A stretch of DNA of 64,000 bases from a virus: IMG/VR virus record IMGVR_UViG_3300028025_000090; one strand, 5' to 3'. Both the position numbers and the translations under genes were made by a program. The notes under the pieces were generated by a model. That model searched no databases. It was not told where the DNA came from and saw nothing but the letters and a program-made list of their open reading frames with translations. Below, in pieces: positions 30,290 to 39,527 of this stretch (positions are counted from its first letter, which is position 1; every line of letters starts with the position of its first letter).

Positions 30290-30614
30290 AGAGCTAAACA
30301 AGCTTGATCCTGAAGGAAATTGTGAAATCAATTTCGGAGGAGCTATCACCTATCTTATAAGAATCCCATGGTATTATGATGGGAAATGCTCTATTCTCAT
30401 CAAAGACGATGAAGGAAAAATTATTGGAATACGACAAGCAACCGCAGAGGATGGTGACAAGATCAATGTTCATACCACGACAGTGGATGACATGGGTTAT
30501 GATGATGGGTGGGATGATACAGAACATACAGTTCAAGGGGATGAGCATTTTATACAAAAATATCAACATAATAAAGAATTGGCTAAAAAACACAAAGAAG
30601 AAATTAAGTATTAA
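30267..30614 (+). CDS. Hypothetical protein
   Basis: MKTKELIKELNKLDPEG start; start moved from 30150. Confidence 0.6.
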   Translation: MKTKELIKELNKLDPEGNCEINFGGAITYLIRIPWYYDGKCSILIKDDEGKIIGIRQATAEDGDKINVHTTTVDDMGYDDGWDDTEHTVQGDEHFIQKYQHNKELAKKHKEEIKY

Positions 30615-30630
30615 AAAACAATAAAACAAT

Positions 30631-31719
30631 ATGGATGTAAAACAAGAAGTAATCGACGCACGTATCAACAAGGGATGGACATTCTCTGCAATTTACGATA
30701 CGTATGGAGTCCCGAAAAGCACTGCTCAAGGATGGTTGAAAAAACATTTTGACGAAAGCGTCGAAGAAGACATTGTGAAAGAACCGACACCATACCAAGA
30801 ATACAAACAGGGTTACGTAGTGGAAAATATGCAACGTGACAAACCACAGAAATTCAAAAAGACAGAGGATGAAGTCTTTGCATTTCTCGAACAACTTGCT
30901 CCAATTAAAGTCAATAGTCTGAATAATAATTCAGTGTCTTACGGATTGAATGAGTATGCTGTCGTTGGTTCTGATTTCCATTTTGGTTGCCATGACGAAT
31001 CGGCTATCAATATCTTTCTTGAAACAATTGCTGAATTGCAACCAAGAACGATTGTATTGAATGGTGATACTATGGATATGCTTGCCATTTCCAAATATCC
31101 AAAAGATATTAAAAAGCATTGGAGTCTCTTGGATGAGCGTAAGGCATATCATCAATTTTTGGATGATCTGATTTCCGTGTCCAATGGTGCTAAAATCTAT
31201 GAAACCGTTTCCAATCACAGCGGTCAATCGATTGATGGTAGATGGAGACGTTATCTATCAGATCGTTTGGGAGAACTTGGTTGCCTTCCAGAAATCACTG
31301 AAAGACTAAGCTATCAGAACGTGTTTATGGGTGATTATCAAAATCAAGTTGAGCATGTTGATTACGTGGATTTGAATGGTTTGATTGTTACACACGGAAC
31401 GACTGTGCGCGGTGCTGGTGGTGCTTCAGCTAAAGGGGAGATCGAGAAGTGGCATACAAGTATCCTACATGGACACACCCATCGTGTAGGTTCAACAGCG
31501 AAGCGTATTCCCTCCGTTGGTAATCGTCCTGAGAAACAAATTTTAGGTATTGAAGGAGGTTGTATGTGTTCACTTAATGCTGCATATGGTTCACACCTAA
31601 ATTGGCAACAAGGTTTTAATATCGTAGCTCTTGGTCAAGAGACATTTGGTGTGGAGCAAGTCATGATCAACAGTGGATTAGCCAACATCGCGACATTGGG
31701 TAAAACCATTTGTGGTTAA
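30631..31719 (+). CDS. Calcineurin-like metallophosphoesterase with N-terminal HTH
   Basis: GSDFH, LNGDTMD, SNH, THG, HGHTH; N-terminal FSAIYDTYGVPKSTAQGW HTH-like segment. Confidence 0.8.
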   Translation: MDVKQEVIDARINKGWTFSAIYDTYGVPKSTAQGWLKKHFDESVEEDIVKEPTPYQEYKQGYVVENMQRDKPQKFKKTEDEVFAFLEQLAPIKVNSLNNNSVSYGLNEYAVVGSDFHFGCHDESAINIFLETIAELQPRTIVLNGDTMDMLAISKYPKDIKKHWSLLDERKAYHQFLDDLISVSNGAKIYETVSNHSGQSIDGRWRRYLSDRLGELGCLPEITERLSYQNVFMGDYQNQVEHVDYVDLNGLIVTHGTTVRGAGGASAKGEIEKWHTSILHGHTHRVGSTAKRIPSVGNRPEKQILGIEGGCMCSLNAAYGSHLNWQQGFNIVALGQETFGVEQVMINSGLANIATLGKTICG

Positions 31720-31727
31720 ATAATCAC

Positions 31728-32591
31728 ATGGATTCTTTTGGATTATTCTTTGAAAGACGCGAGAGAAATCGACTTCGTAAACAGGAGTTGAAAGACGAGG
31801 GTGTGCCTAATTATAAGGATTGGGTAGATCAAGAGAAGGAAAACCTACCTCCCGAAGAAGCAGATAAAATCAATAAAATGGAGGAACTAAAAGTTCCTTC
31901 TGAATTGATTGATAGATTTCGTAATGCTAAAAAGGTTGAATACGAGAAACGTCTGAAAGCTGATTACCTACGAACCAAAGTAGAGGGTGAATTACTTTTC
32001 ACCGACTATGGTATCAATGTATTCAAAGACAAGTATGTCGATCAGGATTTTAAACAAGGTTCTCTCAACATGAGAACAATGAAAAGATTGATTCAGATGT
32101 TGTTTCGAGATTACCGTGATCTATTACCAAATAGAAAACCGAAGATCGTTATTACGAATACAAAAACAAATCCAAAATTCAAAAATTTAAATATTATTGG
32201 TAGTAAAACATCACCTTCTGGTGTTTACCACGATAGAATTATTTATTTAGATCAATTTTATGTTGATGATATAGATGTTCTGATGCATGAATATGCTCAC
32301 TTTCTGTCCGATAGGATGTCGAAACAAGTTGAACCATTTTTGAGAAACGAATACAAAAAAATGTTGGATGCTTTTTTCGAGAGAAAAACAAGAAGAAAAA
32401 ATTTGGAAGGTAAGAAAAATGAGAAATTGAGAGAGCTAGTAGCAAAGAAAATGGGATTACCATCTGATTATGCTGCCACGAACTTCGATGAGTGGTTCGC
32501 TGAATTGATTGCTCATTGGAAAAACCTACCAAACAACCCAATATCATATAAATTCAAACAAATATTAAAAAAAGTGATTACAAGACTATGA
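31728..32591 (+). CDS. Zincin-like metallopeptidase, late-expressed
   Basis: LMHEYAHFL (HExxH) plus downstream YAATNFDEWFAE; ATG 5 nt after TAAATA (31717). Confidence 0.7.
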   Translation: MDSFGLFFERRERNRLRKQELKDEGVPNYKDWVDQEKENLPPEEADKINKMEELKVPSELIDRFRNAKKVEYEKRLKADYLRTKVEGELLFTDYGINVFKDKYVDQDFKQGSLNMRTMKRLIQMLFRDYRDLLPNRKPKIVITNTKTNPKFKNLNIIGSKTSPSGVYHDRIIYLDQFYVDDIDVLMHEYAHFLSDRMSKQVEPFLRNEYKKMLDAFFERKTRRKNLEGKKNEKLRELVAKKMGLPSDYAATNFDEWFAELIAHWKNLPNNPISYKFKQILKKVITRL

Positions 32592-32757
32592 AAGATAAAT
32601 TCAATTATGGAAATTATATTATTTCCTATAGAAAAGAAAAAGATGGACTACTCCATTTTTTGAAAAAAAGAGTTGATACATTAGAAGATGCCCTAAAGGA
32701 GCATCATAAATTACAAGATTTAGGTTATCATGATGTTTTGATTAAAAAATTTAGACA

Positions 32758-32946
32758 ATGAAATATACAGGTAATATTAACAGTTACACCTTCATTATGA
32801 AAGAAGGTGATGATGTAATTGAAGTGTGGTCAGATACGGATGCGGAATTTCCAGAGTCCTACATCTACCTCAAAGAAGGAGAAATCAAGAACGAACGCCA
32901 ATTCCACATGGAAATCTCGGATTGGTGGATGAGAATAAAAAACTAG
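32758..32946 (+). CDS. Hypothetical protein
   Basis: 62-aa ORF. Confidence 0.5.
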   Translation: MKYTGNINSYTFIMKEGDDVIEVWSDTDAEFPESYIYLKEGEIKNERQFHMEISDWWMRIKN

Positions 32947-32960
32947 CCTACAATCGGGCT

Positions 32961-33365
32961 ATGCGTAAATTAATACTAATTAGAGCAGTCAGTGGGGCTG
33001 GTAAATCCACTTTTGCCAAAATCTTTGCACCTGATTCTTGTATCTGCTGTGCCGATGATTTCTTCACAGACGAACAAGGTAATTACAATTTCGATGCTTC
33101 CAAGCTTGGACAGGCTCACAAAGCTTGCCAAGACAAGTATTTGGAATTGCTTGACTCACCGTTTGCAGATACCATTGTAGTCTCAAATACGAACACAAAA
33201 GAAAGCGACTACAAATTTTATCTTGACGAAGCGGAAAAACGTGGTATTATGGTTTTCTCATTGGTGCTTGAGAATCGTCATGGTGATAAAAACATTCATA
33301 ATGTGCCTGATCATGTTCTTGAGCGTCAAGAGCAAAATATTAAAAATAGCTTAAAATTACGATAA
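32961..33365 (+). CDS. P-loop kinase (AAA_33/polynucleotide 5'-kinase-like)
   Basis: LIRAVSGAGKSTFAK, CCADDFF, VVSNTN, HNVP; start moved to 32961 (6 nt after promoter motif). Confidence 0.8.
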   Translation: MRKLILIRAVSGAGKSTFAKIFAPDSCICCADDFFTDEQGNYNFDASKLGQAHKACQDKYLELLDSPFADTIVVSNTNTKESDYKFYLDEAEKRGIMVFSLVLENRHGDKNIHNVPDHVLERQEQNIKNSLKLR

Positions 33366-33387
33366 ACAAACAAAACAAATAAATTAT

Positions 33388-33744
33388 ATGAACTTATTAA
33401 TTGACGATGTAGTAGATTGGTTTCACGCAAAAGGAATCATTGAAAATAGTAATCCTCTCAAACAATTAGAGAAAACACAAGAAGAGCTTACAGAGACGCG
33501 AGATGCCGCAGTGCTACACTCTTATGGAATTAACACAGTTACAAACGGCGAAGGAAAAGAAATTGACTCACTCACTGAAATCAAGGATGGCATTGGAGAC
33601 ACCGTAGTAACCTTGATTGGTGTATGTGAGATGTATGGATTTACTTTAGAGGAGTGCTTACAGCAAGCCTATGACGTAATCTCGAAACGCTCTGGGGAAA
33701 TGGTTGATGGAAAATTCGTAAAGAATGTGGAGGTGGGATCGTGA
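33388..33744 (+). CDS. MazG-like NTP pyrophosphohydrolase
   Basis: KQLEKTQEELTE, EIKDGIGDTVVTLI, ECLQQAYDVISKRSG. Confidence 0.85.
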   Translation: MNLLIDDVVDWFHAKGIIENSNPLKQLEKTQEELTETRDAAVLHSYGINTVTNGEGKEIDSLTEIKDGIGDTVVTLIGVCEMYGFTLEECLQQAYDVISKRSGEMVDGKFVKNVEVGS

Positions 33745-33932
33745 CTGACGATTTTGTTGTTTCTATATGTCGCTGTCTTTTTATTATCATTGCCATTCTA
33801 GTCACCACGATCTTTATCGTAGCTGATCAAAAAGATAGCCTAAAGGTAGAAGCGGTGGAGCGTGGATACGCTGAATGGGTTGTCGATTCATCTGGTAATA
33901 GTGAATGGAAATGGAAAGAAGCAAATCAATGA
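33741..33932 (+). CDS. Small membrane protein
   Basis: One hydrophobic helix; EAVERGYAEW. Confidence 0.55.
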   Translation: MTDDFVVSICRCLFIIIAILVTTIFIVADQKDSLKVEAVERGYAEWVVDSSGNSEWKWKEANQ

Positions 33933-34093
33933 CTCGCAACGAACAAATTATTCTTACGTGCTTAGAGATTAACCTATCACAAGCCAAAACACTCGCCATG
34001 CGTAGACATGTGCAGGAGCAGATAGCATCATTCAAATTGCAATGTAAACCAAAACCAAAACCTCAACGTCCAGCATGGGTGGACAAATTCTAA
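33929..34093 (+). CDS. Hypothetical protein
   Basis: ATGA overlap with the previous gene. Confidence 0.5.
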   Translation: MTRNEQIILTCLEINLSQAKTLAMRRHVQEQIASFKLQCKPKPKPQRPAWVDKF

Positions 34094-34111
34094 TTTAATA
34101 AAAAATAACAT

Positions 34112-34627
34112 ATGAGCGAAACAATTCCGCAGATGCCATGGCTGTCTGATAAGCATGTCGAAGATATTTTAAAACATATACATGGTAATGAAATAGCATT
34201 TGAATATGGTTGTGGAGGGTCTACGATGTTTTTTAGCAAGTTTTTTAAAAAATATGTTTCTGTAGAGCATCATAAACCGTGGTATGATAAGATGAAACCT
34301 CACGTTCCAGAAAATGTGGTGTTGAACCTACGTGAAGCAGTTGGAGTAGTAATTCCACCATTCGGTCCTGGGATACCAGAAGCACAACAAGATTACATCA
34401 ATGCAATCAATGAAACTCCTGACATATATAGCTTCATATTCATAGATGGCAGATGCCGAGTAGAATGCGCCAAAGCTGCTATGAAAAATATGAACGATTA
34501 TACAATGTTGTTTATTCATGATTACGAAAGACCAAAATATCATTCCATAGAGAAACATTTAAAGTTGCATAAAATAACTAATTATGATGGAGATCACAGA
34601 TCTCTTGCCCGTTTTTCATTAAAATAA
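34112..34627 (+). CDS. Class I SAM-dependent methyltransferase-like protein
   Basis: FEYGCGGST, VSVEHH, FIDGRCRVEC, FIHDY; paralog of 50004. Confidence 0.7.
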   Translation: MSETIPQMPWLSDKHVEDILKHIHGNEIAFEYGCGGSTMFFSKFFKKYVSVEHHKPWYDKMKPHVPENVVLNLREAVGVVIPPFGPGIPEAQQDYINAINETPDIYSFIFIDGRCRVECAKAAMKNMNDYTMLFIHDYERPKYHSIEKHLKLHKITNYDGDHRSLARFSLK

Positions 34628-34635
34628 TTTTAATT

Positions 34636-35403
34636 ATGAGAGTATTAACAATATGTCCAACGTATGGGCGACCACAGTTTCTTGGCAGAGTAGTCGCATC
34701 ATTTTTAATGCAAACACATACTGATAGTGATTTAGTCATCATAAATGACGATCCACATGTGAATATTATTTTCAAACATGACCGTGTGACTGTGTTAAAC
34801 ATTAACAAAAAACACCTCCTAGATGTTAAACGAAATATAGGAGCAGTTATGGGTCTAAATTACGACTTGATAATGCCATTAGATGATGATGATATTTTTT
34901 TACCACAGCAAATTGAATATCATGTCAAAAAATTTCAAGAAAATCCAAGTATTGATTTTTTTAGAAATTCTGAATGCTTTGTAACATTAGGTGGCTGTTT
35001 CAAAAGAGGTAGTAATAGTCCTAACAGTAACGCTTATCGACCATCGGCATTTTTAGCTAATGGAGGTTATAGCTTTTTTGAGAAGAATTCTAGCGGAGAT
35101 CAAAAATTTTCAAGTAAGTTTAAAAACAAATTGGAAGTCAAAGAACCAGAGAATGCACACTTTGTTTATTTTTGGTTCGGCGGTAATTATCACTTATCCG
35201 CTATCAATGAAAAAGACTTGGAAAGTGTCGCAGCAAATCAAAGAAAAAAATTTAATATATCTGGTGATTTTCTTATCGAACCCGATTTTGAAGAAGTCCA
35301 AACATATATAGACCTATCAAAAAAAATCATCAGTGGCGAGCAGCCTATTGAAATAACCTGTTCGGATGAATCGGGTAAAATTAAGACAATTTATATCACT
35401 TGA
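34636..35403 (+). CDS. Glycosyltransferase, GT-A fold (family 2-like)
   Basis: ICPTYGRP, LVIIND, KRN, PLDDDD (DxD). Confidence 0.85.
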   Translation: MRVLTICPTYGRPQFLGRVVASFLMQTHTDSDLVIINDDPHVNIIFKHDRVTVLNINKKHLLDVKRNIGAVMGLNYDLIMPLDDDDIFLPQQIEYHVKKFQENPSIDFFRNSECFVTLGGCFKRGSNSPNSNAYRPSAFLANGGYSFFEKNSSGDQKFSSKFKNKLEVKEPENAHFVYFWFGGNYHLSAINEKDLESVAANQRKKFNISGDFLIEPDFEEVQTYIDLSKKIISGEQPIEITCSDESGKIKTIYIT

Positions 35404-35427
35404 CAAATAAACGATAAAAGATATACT
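35400..35427 (+). promoter_or_regulatory. Sigma70-like promoter
   Basis: TTGACA-N16-TATACT. Confidence 0.75.
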
Positions 35428-35456
35428 AATCACACACATCAAACAATAATAACAAT

Positions 35457-35828
35457 ATGAACTCAGAACTATTAACCACAGAAGGCGTAACATTATTCAT
35501 CGCAACTCCATTGGTCTTACTAGCAATAGGATTATGGTATATGTATAAGCATAGCATTGCTGCTCACATTACATGTTTTATCGCTGCGGGAATGCTGTTC
35601 CTAATTGGATTTACAACTGGAGGTGAAAACACCGCTTATCGTTATCCTGCTCAAAAAATTAGCGATCAGAACTTCTCACTATTCTATAGCGATGACTTGA
35701 ACTATAAGGTTATCTCAGACAACATGCGATGGGATAATATGGCAGGAGATATTCTCGTCACCAAAAGCCGAAACGCATGGGGAGCAGAGATTAGAGAAAC
35801 TGCAACTATTGTACCAACTATCAAATAA
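35457..35828 (+). CDS. Membrane protein
   Basis: Two N-terminal hydrophobic helices. Confidence 0.6.
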   Translation: MNSELLTTEGVTLFIATPLVLLAIGLWYMYKHSIAAHITCFIAAGMLFLIGFTTGGENTAYRYPAQKISDQNFSLFYSDDLNYKVISDNMRWDNMAGDILVTKSRNAWGAEIRETATIVPTIK

Positions 35829-35832
35829 TATT

Positions 35833-36288
35833 ATGAATGCTAAAAAAGAATTATTGAACCACATCGCTGATCGCGAAGTAAAGTATGTTCAAATCAACCA
35901 CGAACCCGACTGGGGAGGCACTAACATAAAGATCGAGGGAACTCTTGAAGAGGTATTGCCTCGTCTCGACTTTGACTATAATAGCGGCTATGGGAGTCAA
36001 GAACTCTTTGGCACAATTTGGTATAACGATGGCTCATGGAGTGATCGTGGCGAATATGATGGCAGTGAATGGTGGCAGTATCAAAAATGTCCACCATTAC
36101 CAGAAGGAGCAATAAAAGAAGCGGTCAAAAGAATTGAAAAGTGTGATGGCTGTGGACGCTTGGTCAATTTAGATAACGGAATAGTAGTTGCAACTGATAA
36201 TAGCTATGGCGCATTGGTTCATAGTTCATTATGCAATTATGTGTATGGTCGTAGAGGGTGGAGGCAACTAGGAGCTTATGACGGTTAA
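35833..36288 (+). CDS. Conserved-looking phage hypothetical protein
   Basis: LDFDYNSGYGSQELFGTIWYNDGSWSDRGEYDGSEWW. Confidence 0.65.
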   Translation: MNAKKELLNHIADREVKYVQINHEPDWGGTNIKIEGTLEEVLPRLDFDYNSGYGSQELFGTIWYNDGSWSDRGEYDGSEWWQYQKCPPLPEGAIKEAVKRIEKCDGCGRLVNLDNGIVVATDNSYGALVHSSLCNYVYGRRGWRQLGAYDG

Positions 36289-36490
36289 TAATATGAGCGG
36301 AGACGAACTTATAACAATCACAATTGAAGATCCTCATAGCGGAAAAAGATTGTCAACTCGCTATAGTATACTACAAGCTGACGCTTGGGAACTTGCAAAA
36401 GGCGAGTATCATACTATAATGCTTGACGCTCTAATCGAACGATTTAACACGGAAAAACAAAATGAAATACAGAATAAAAGAAACGATTAA
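36278..36490 (+). CDS. Hypothetical protein
   Basis: 70-aa ORF in operon. Confidence 0.5.
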   Translation: MTVNNMSGDELITITIEDPHSGKRLSTRYSILQADAWELAKGEYHTIMLDALIERFNTEKQNEIQNKRND

Positions 36491-36637
36491 TGGTAATGGT
36501 GTTAGTAAATTTACAGTTCAAGAAAAATTTCTTTGGTGGTGGTGGGTAGATATTGTGAGATGTTTGAGCAAAGAAGTGGCAGAAAGCCAAGTCAGAAGCT
36601 GGCATACAAAAGAAGTAAAATATCATACCGTAGAACA

Positions 36638-37036
36638 ATGAGCAGAGAACTGAAATTTAGAGTGTGGAATCATACAGAAGGTCACTGGAACGGTATGAGG
36701 TGTAAGGATGTTCAATCATGCGGTGATTTAATTTGTTTAAATGGAATTTATCTTATTCCTGAAAGTGTATCTCGAAATCATACCGTTCAACAATACACTG
36801 GACTCAAAGACCGTCATGAAAAAGAGATCTACGAAGGCGATATTATCCACTATAAATTTAATGGTGATTCATATCCCAAAGAAGCAGTTGATCGTATTTT
36901 AACATGCTCTTATGATGAAGACGAGGGTATGTATAGTTTTGATGACTCAGATCATTCTTACTATTGGGCAGAAATTAAGAGACACTGTAATATCATCGGA
37001 AACATTTACGAAAACCCTGAACTATTAAAGCAATGA
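36638..37036 (+). CDS. YopX family protein (copy 1)
   Basis: MSRELKFRVW..QQYTGLKD..EIYEGDII..IIGNIYENPELL; start moved from 36533. Confidence 0.9.
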   Translation: MSRELKFRVWNHTEGHWNGMRCKDVQSCGDLICLNGIYLIPESVSRNHTVQQYTGLKDRHEKEIYEGDIIHYKFNGDSYPKEAVDRILTCSYDEDEGMYSFDDSDHSYYWAEIKRHCNIIGNIYENPELLKQ

Positions 37037-37449
37037 GAGAACTTAAATTTAGAGTATGGAACAAAGCAACCAAAAGCTGGTTGAACGATGATGCTGGAAC
37101 ACACTGTTGGAGCGAATATTGTCTTAACATCTTCACTGGAGAGGTTGTGGAAATTGTTACAAGTGACAACAAATTTTTTAGTAGAGCCAATGAGCCAAAC
37201 TTTTATTTTGATAAAAATACACATGTAAAAGAATCTCCTTATGTTGTTCAACAATACACTGGCTTGAAAGACAAGAATGGAAAAGAGATTTATGAGGGAG
37301 ATATAATCAAATTATTCAATGGTGATCTATATACTGTAAAATTCATTGAGGAAAATAATGAAACTGAAATGTCAGGATACTTCTTTTCTTCATTTGGAAG
37401 TGAAGTAATCGGCAACATCTTTGAAAACAACGAACTATTAAAAGCATGA
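37033..37449 (+). CDS. YopX family protein (copy 2)
   Basis: MRELKFRVW..QQYTGLKDKNGKEIYEGDII..VIGNIFENNELL. Confidence 0.9.
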   Translation: MRELKFRVWNKATKSWLNDDAGTHCWSEYCLNIFTGEVVEIVTSDNKFFSRANEPNFYFDKNTHVKESPYVVQQYTGLKDKNGKEIYEGDIIKLFNGDLYTVKFIEENNETEMSGYFFSSFGSEVIGNIFENNELLKA

Positions 37450-37847
37450 AAAGAGAACTAAAATTTAGAGTTTGGGACGTAGAAACCAAAAGATTTTTTA
37501 AGACAGATTACAATGAACATTTAAGTGTTGCAATATCTGTTGATGGTAAGACTTTGTATCAAAACTATGTTGGAGGTGATAAAGAGATCGGTAAAGATGT
37601 AATTATCCAACAATTCACTGGTCTCAAAGACCGTCATGAAAAAGAGATTTATGAAGGCGATATTGTTAAGGTCTACAGCGAGGAATTTGAAAATGAGAAC
37701 TTTACTGGAGAAGTAATTTTTGATGAAGGAAGTTTCTTAACTTGGATTAACAAAAATGATATTAGGGGTGTATGGAATCTATGGAGTGGCGACGATATTG
37801 AAGTCATTGGAAACATTATGGAAAACCCTGAACTACTAAAAGCATGA
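37446..37847 (+). CDS. YopX family protein (copy 3)
   Basis: MKRELKFRVW..QQFTGLKD..EIYEGDIV..VIGNIMENPELL. Confidence 0.9.
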   Translation: MKRELKFRVWDVETKRFFKTDYNEHLSVAISVDGKTLYQNYVGGDKEIGKDVIIQQFTGLKDRHEKEIYEGDIVKVYSEEFENENFTGEVIFDEGSFLTWINKNDIRGVWNLWSGDDIEVIGNIMENPELLKA

Positions 37848-38245
37848 AAAAATATAAAATTTGGCGTCCTGTTATGAAGCAGTTTGCAACAGACGAACGT
37901 TACATTCGAGCAAGTGATGGAGAGCTCTTCTCATATGAGGCAGACTATGGCGGTACATTTAGCTCACATGAAAAGCTTGAGAAAGTTAACTGTGTGCTAG
38001 TGCAATGGACTGGTTGCTATGATAAGAATCGCGCACCAATCTACGAAGGCGATATTCTCGCCAATGATCTTATACTACCACACGACAATGATAACATCGG
38101 TGTTGTCTATTTCGCAGCAGGTACATTTATGATTGATGGTGATGGTCCGTTTTTTGATCATGTCTATGGTCATTCACCTGATATTTTAGACAATCATACA
38201 GTAATTGGAAATAAGTTTGAAAATCCCGAACTATTAAAGCAATGA
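37844..38245 (+). CDS. YopX family protein (copy 4)
   Basis: QWTGCYDKNRAPIYEGDIL..VIGNKFENPELL. Confidence 0.88.
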   Translation: MKKYKIWRPVMKQFATDERYIRASDGELFSYEADYGGTFSSHEKLEKVNCVLVQWTGCYDKNRAPIYEGDILANDLILPHDNDNIGVVYFAAGTFMIDGDGPFFDHVYGHSPDILDNHTVIGNKFENPELLKQ

Positions 38246-38502
38246 GCAAAAAATACGGACGACTTAATAGAAACACCGCCTACTACTTAAAAGGCACTGA
38301 ATTTGAAATCACAAACGAAGACGATGGCATGTATTCACTCAATCCCTTTTATGCAGGAAAGATTGATGGAAGACACATATCATTCGATCAAGATGCGGTT
38401 GACGTTATCTATAACCACGAAGAATATACTGGTAAAGTTATTCCCGCTGAATGTAGAAAAGAAGAAGAAGAGCCTTGGTGGGCTTATACGAATTATCCAT
38501 AA
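38242..38502 (+). CDS. Hypothetical protein
   Basis: ATGA-coupled ORF. Confidence 0.55.
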   Translation: MSKKYGRLNRNTAYYLKGTEFEITNEDDGMYSLNPFYAGKIDGRHISFDQDAVDVIYNHEEYTGKVIPAECRKEEEEPWWAYTNYP

Positions 38503-38810
38503 TGAACAAATACACATACAGCATCCGCTCCTATTATCCAGAATATAAACAGCCGTGGATGGCATTTAAAAAGAATTTAAATAGACAATACGCTCTAGGT
38601 TACTTTGATGCTCTTCGTGAACAACCATCTCCACGACCTCACACACAACTCGTTCGTAGTGATGGCGTGGTAGTAGAAGAATTTCAAGAGCATGAAGAAG
38701 TTCACATTGGCATGGTTGCTGGTTTTGCTACAGCAGAGCAATTGCGACGAGCAGCACAAAAAGCTTTAGACCGAGCAGACCGTATTGACAAATTAAAAAC
38801 TAATGTATAA
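38502..38810 (+). CDS. Hypothetical protein
   Basis: TAATG-coupled ORF. Confidence 0.55.
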   Translation: MNKYTYSIRSYYPEYKQPWMAFKKNLNRQYALGYFDALREQPSPRPHTQLVRSDGVVVEEFQEHEEVHIGMVAGFATAEQLRRAAQKALDRADRIDKLKTNV

Positions 38811-38817
38811 TTAAATT

Positions 38818-39300
38818 ATGAGCGAAACATTTAAAAACGTAGGAGAGATGTTGGATTATTTTACAAAAGAAGAAATGATTCAAGAAAGGTTTTCAGAACG
38901 TCTGATGTCAGCATATCCACAACTCTTTCCAAAGGATGACGATGGCAAACCCAAGCAACCTGATTGTGGAGCATGGTGTCCAGTTGGATGGCAACCTATG
39001 GTGGAAGAGCTATGCTCTAAGCTCGCTAAGATTGTTGATGAAAATAATCTAACTTTCGAGATTGGTCAAATCAAAGAAAAATTCGGAGGATTGCGATTCT
39101 ACTATTCATATAAAGGTGATCGTGTTGAAGAAATTAAAAGTCTGATTAGTGATGCTGAAGATCGTAGCTTTAAGATTTGCGAAGTCACTGGTGAATCAGG
39201 AGAACTTTGCACTAAGGGCAAAGGTTACGGTTGGTTGAAAACACTATCGGATGGTGAAGCGGGGCGACAAGGCTACAAAATACTAAAGGAAGAAGAATGA
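38818..39300 (+). CDS. Conserved-looking phage hypothetical protein
   Basis: YPQLF..CPVGW..QIKEKFGGLRFYY..CEVTG. Confidence 0.7.
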   Translation: MSETFKNVGEMLDYFTKEEMIQERFSERLMSAYPQLFPKDDDGKPKQPDCGAWCPVGWQPMVEELCSKLAKIVDENNLTFEIGQIKEKFGGLRFYYSYKGDRVEEIKSLISDAEDRSFKICEVTGESGELCTKGKGYGWLKTLSDGEAGRQGYKILKEEE

Positions 39301-39488
39301 TTATGAATAAAGCGAAACTATTAGGATGCATTCTCGTATCATTGCCATTTACCATCCCCCTCTGTCTTATGGCAAAGGCATATGGTTTAAAAGATGTGCT
39401 TATTGCTGTTGGTTATGTATTAGGATTTCTGTTAATGTGGTTTTCACTTATGTTAGGAATAGTATTATTAATTGATGGACAAGATTGA
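39297..39488 (+). CDS. Small two-helix membrane protein
   Basis: Almost entirely hydrophobic. Confidence 0.55.
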   Translation: MIMNKAKLLGCILVSLPFTIPLCLMAKAYGLKDVLIAVGYVLGFLLMWFSLMLGIVLLIDGQD

Positions 39489-39527
39489 TTTATATAACTA
39501 CAATCAACTAATTAATTAAAAAAAAAT

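Larger units (their letters stand above)
2051..31722. promoter_or_regulatory. Set of 17 T4-type late promoters (TAAATA core) directly before start codons
   Basis: Plus strand: 2560, 4571, 6031, 9395, 10039, 12885, 13664, 14250 (TAAGTA), 15592, 21800, 23347, 25321, 31717. Minus strand: 2051-56, 2545-50, 19883-88, 21593-98. Spacer to start codon is 5 nt in 14 cases, 6 in 2, 7 in 1. Confidence 0.85.

Noticed and set aside
32826-32960. N-terminal extensions in the ORF track that translate the promoter motif as KKLEY/KKLDY (also 42886, 46948, 51157, 59609, 61412)
   Set aside because: They read through the repeated promoter; the downstream ATG at the fixed 6-nt spacing is the more likely start.
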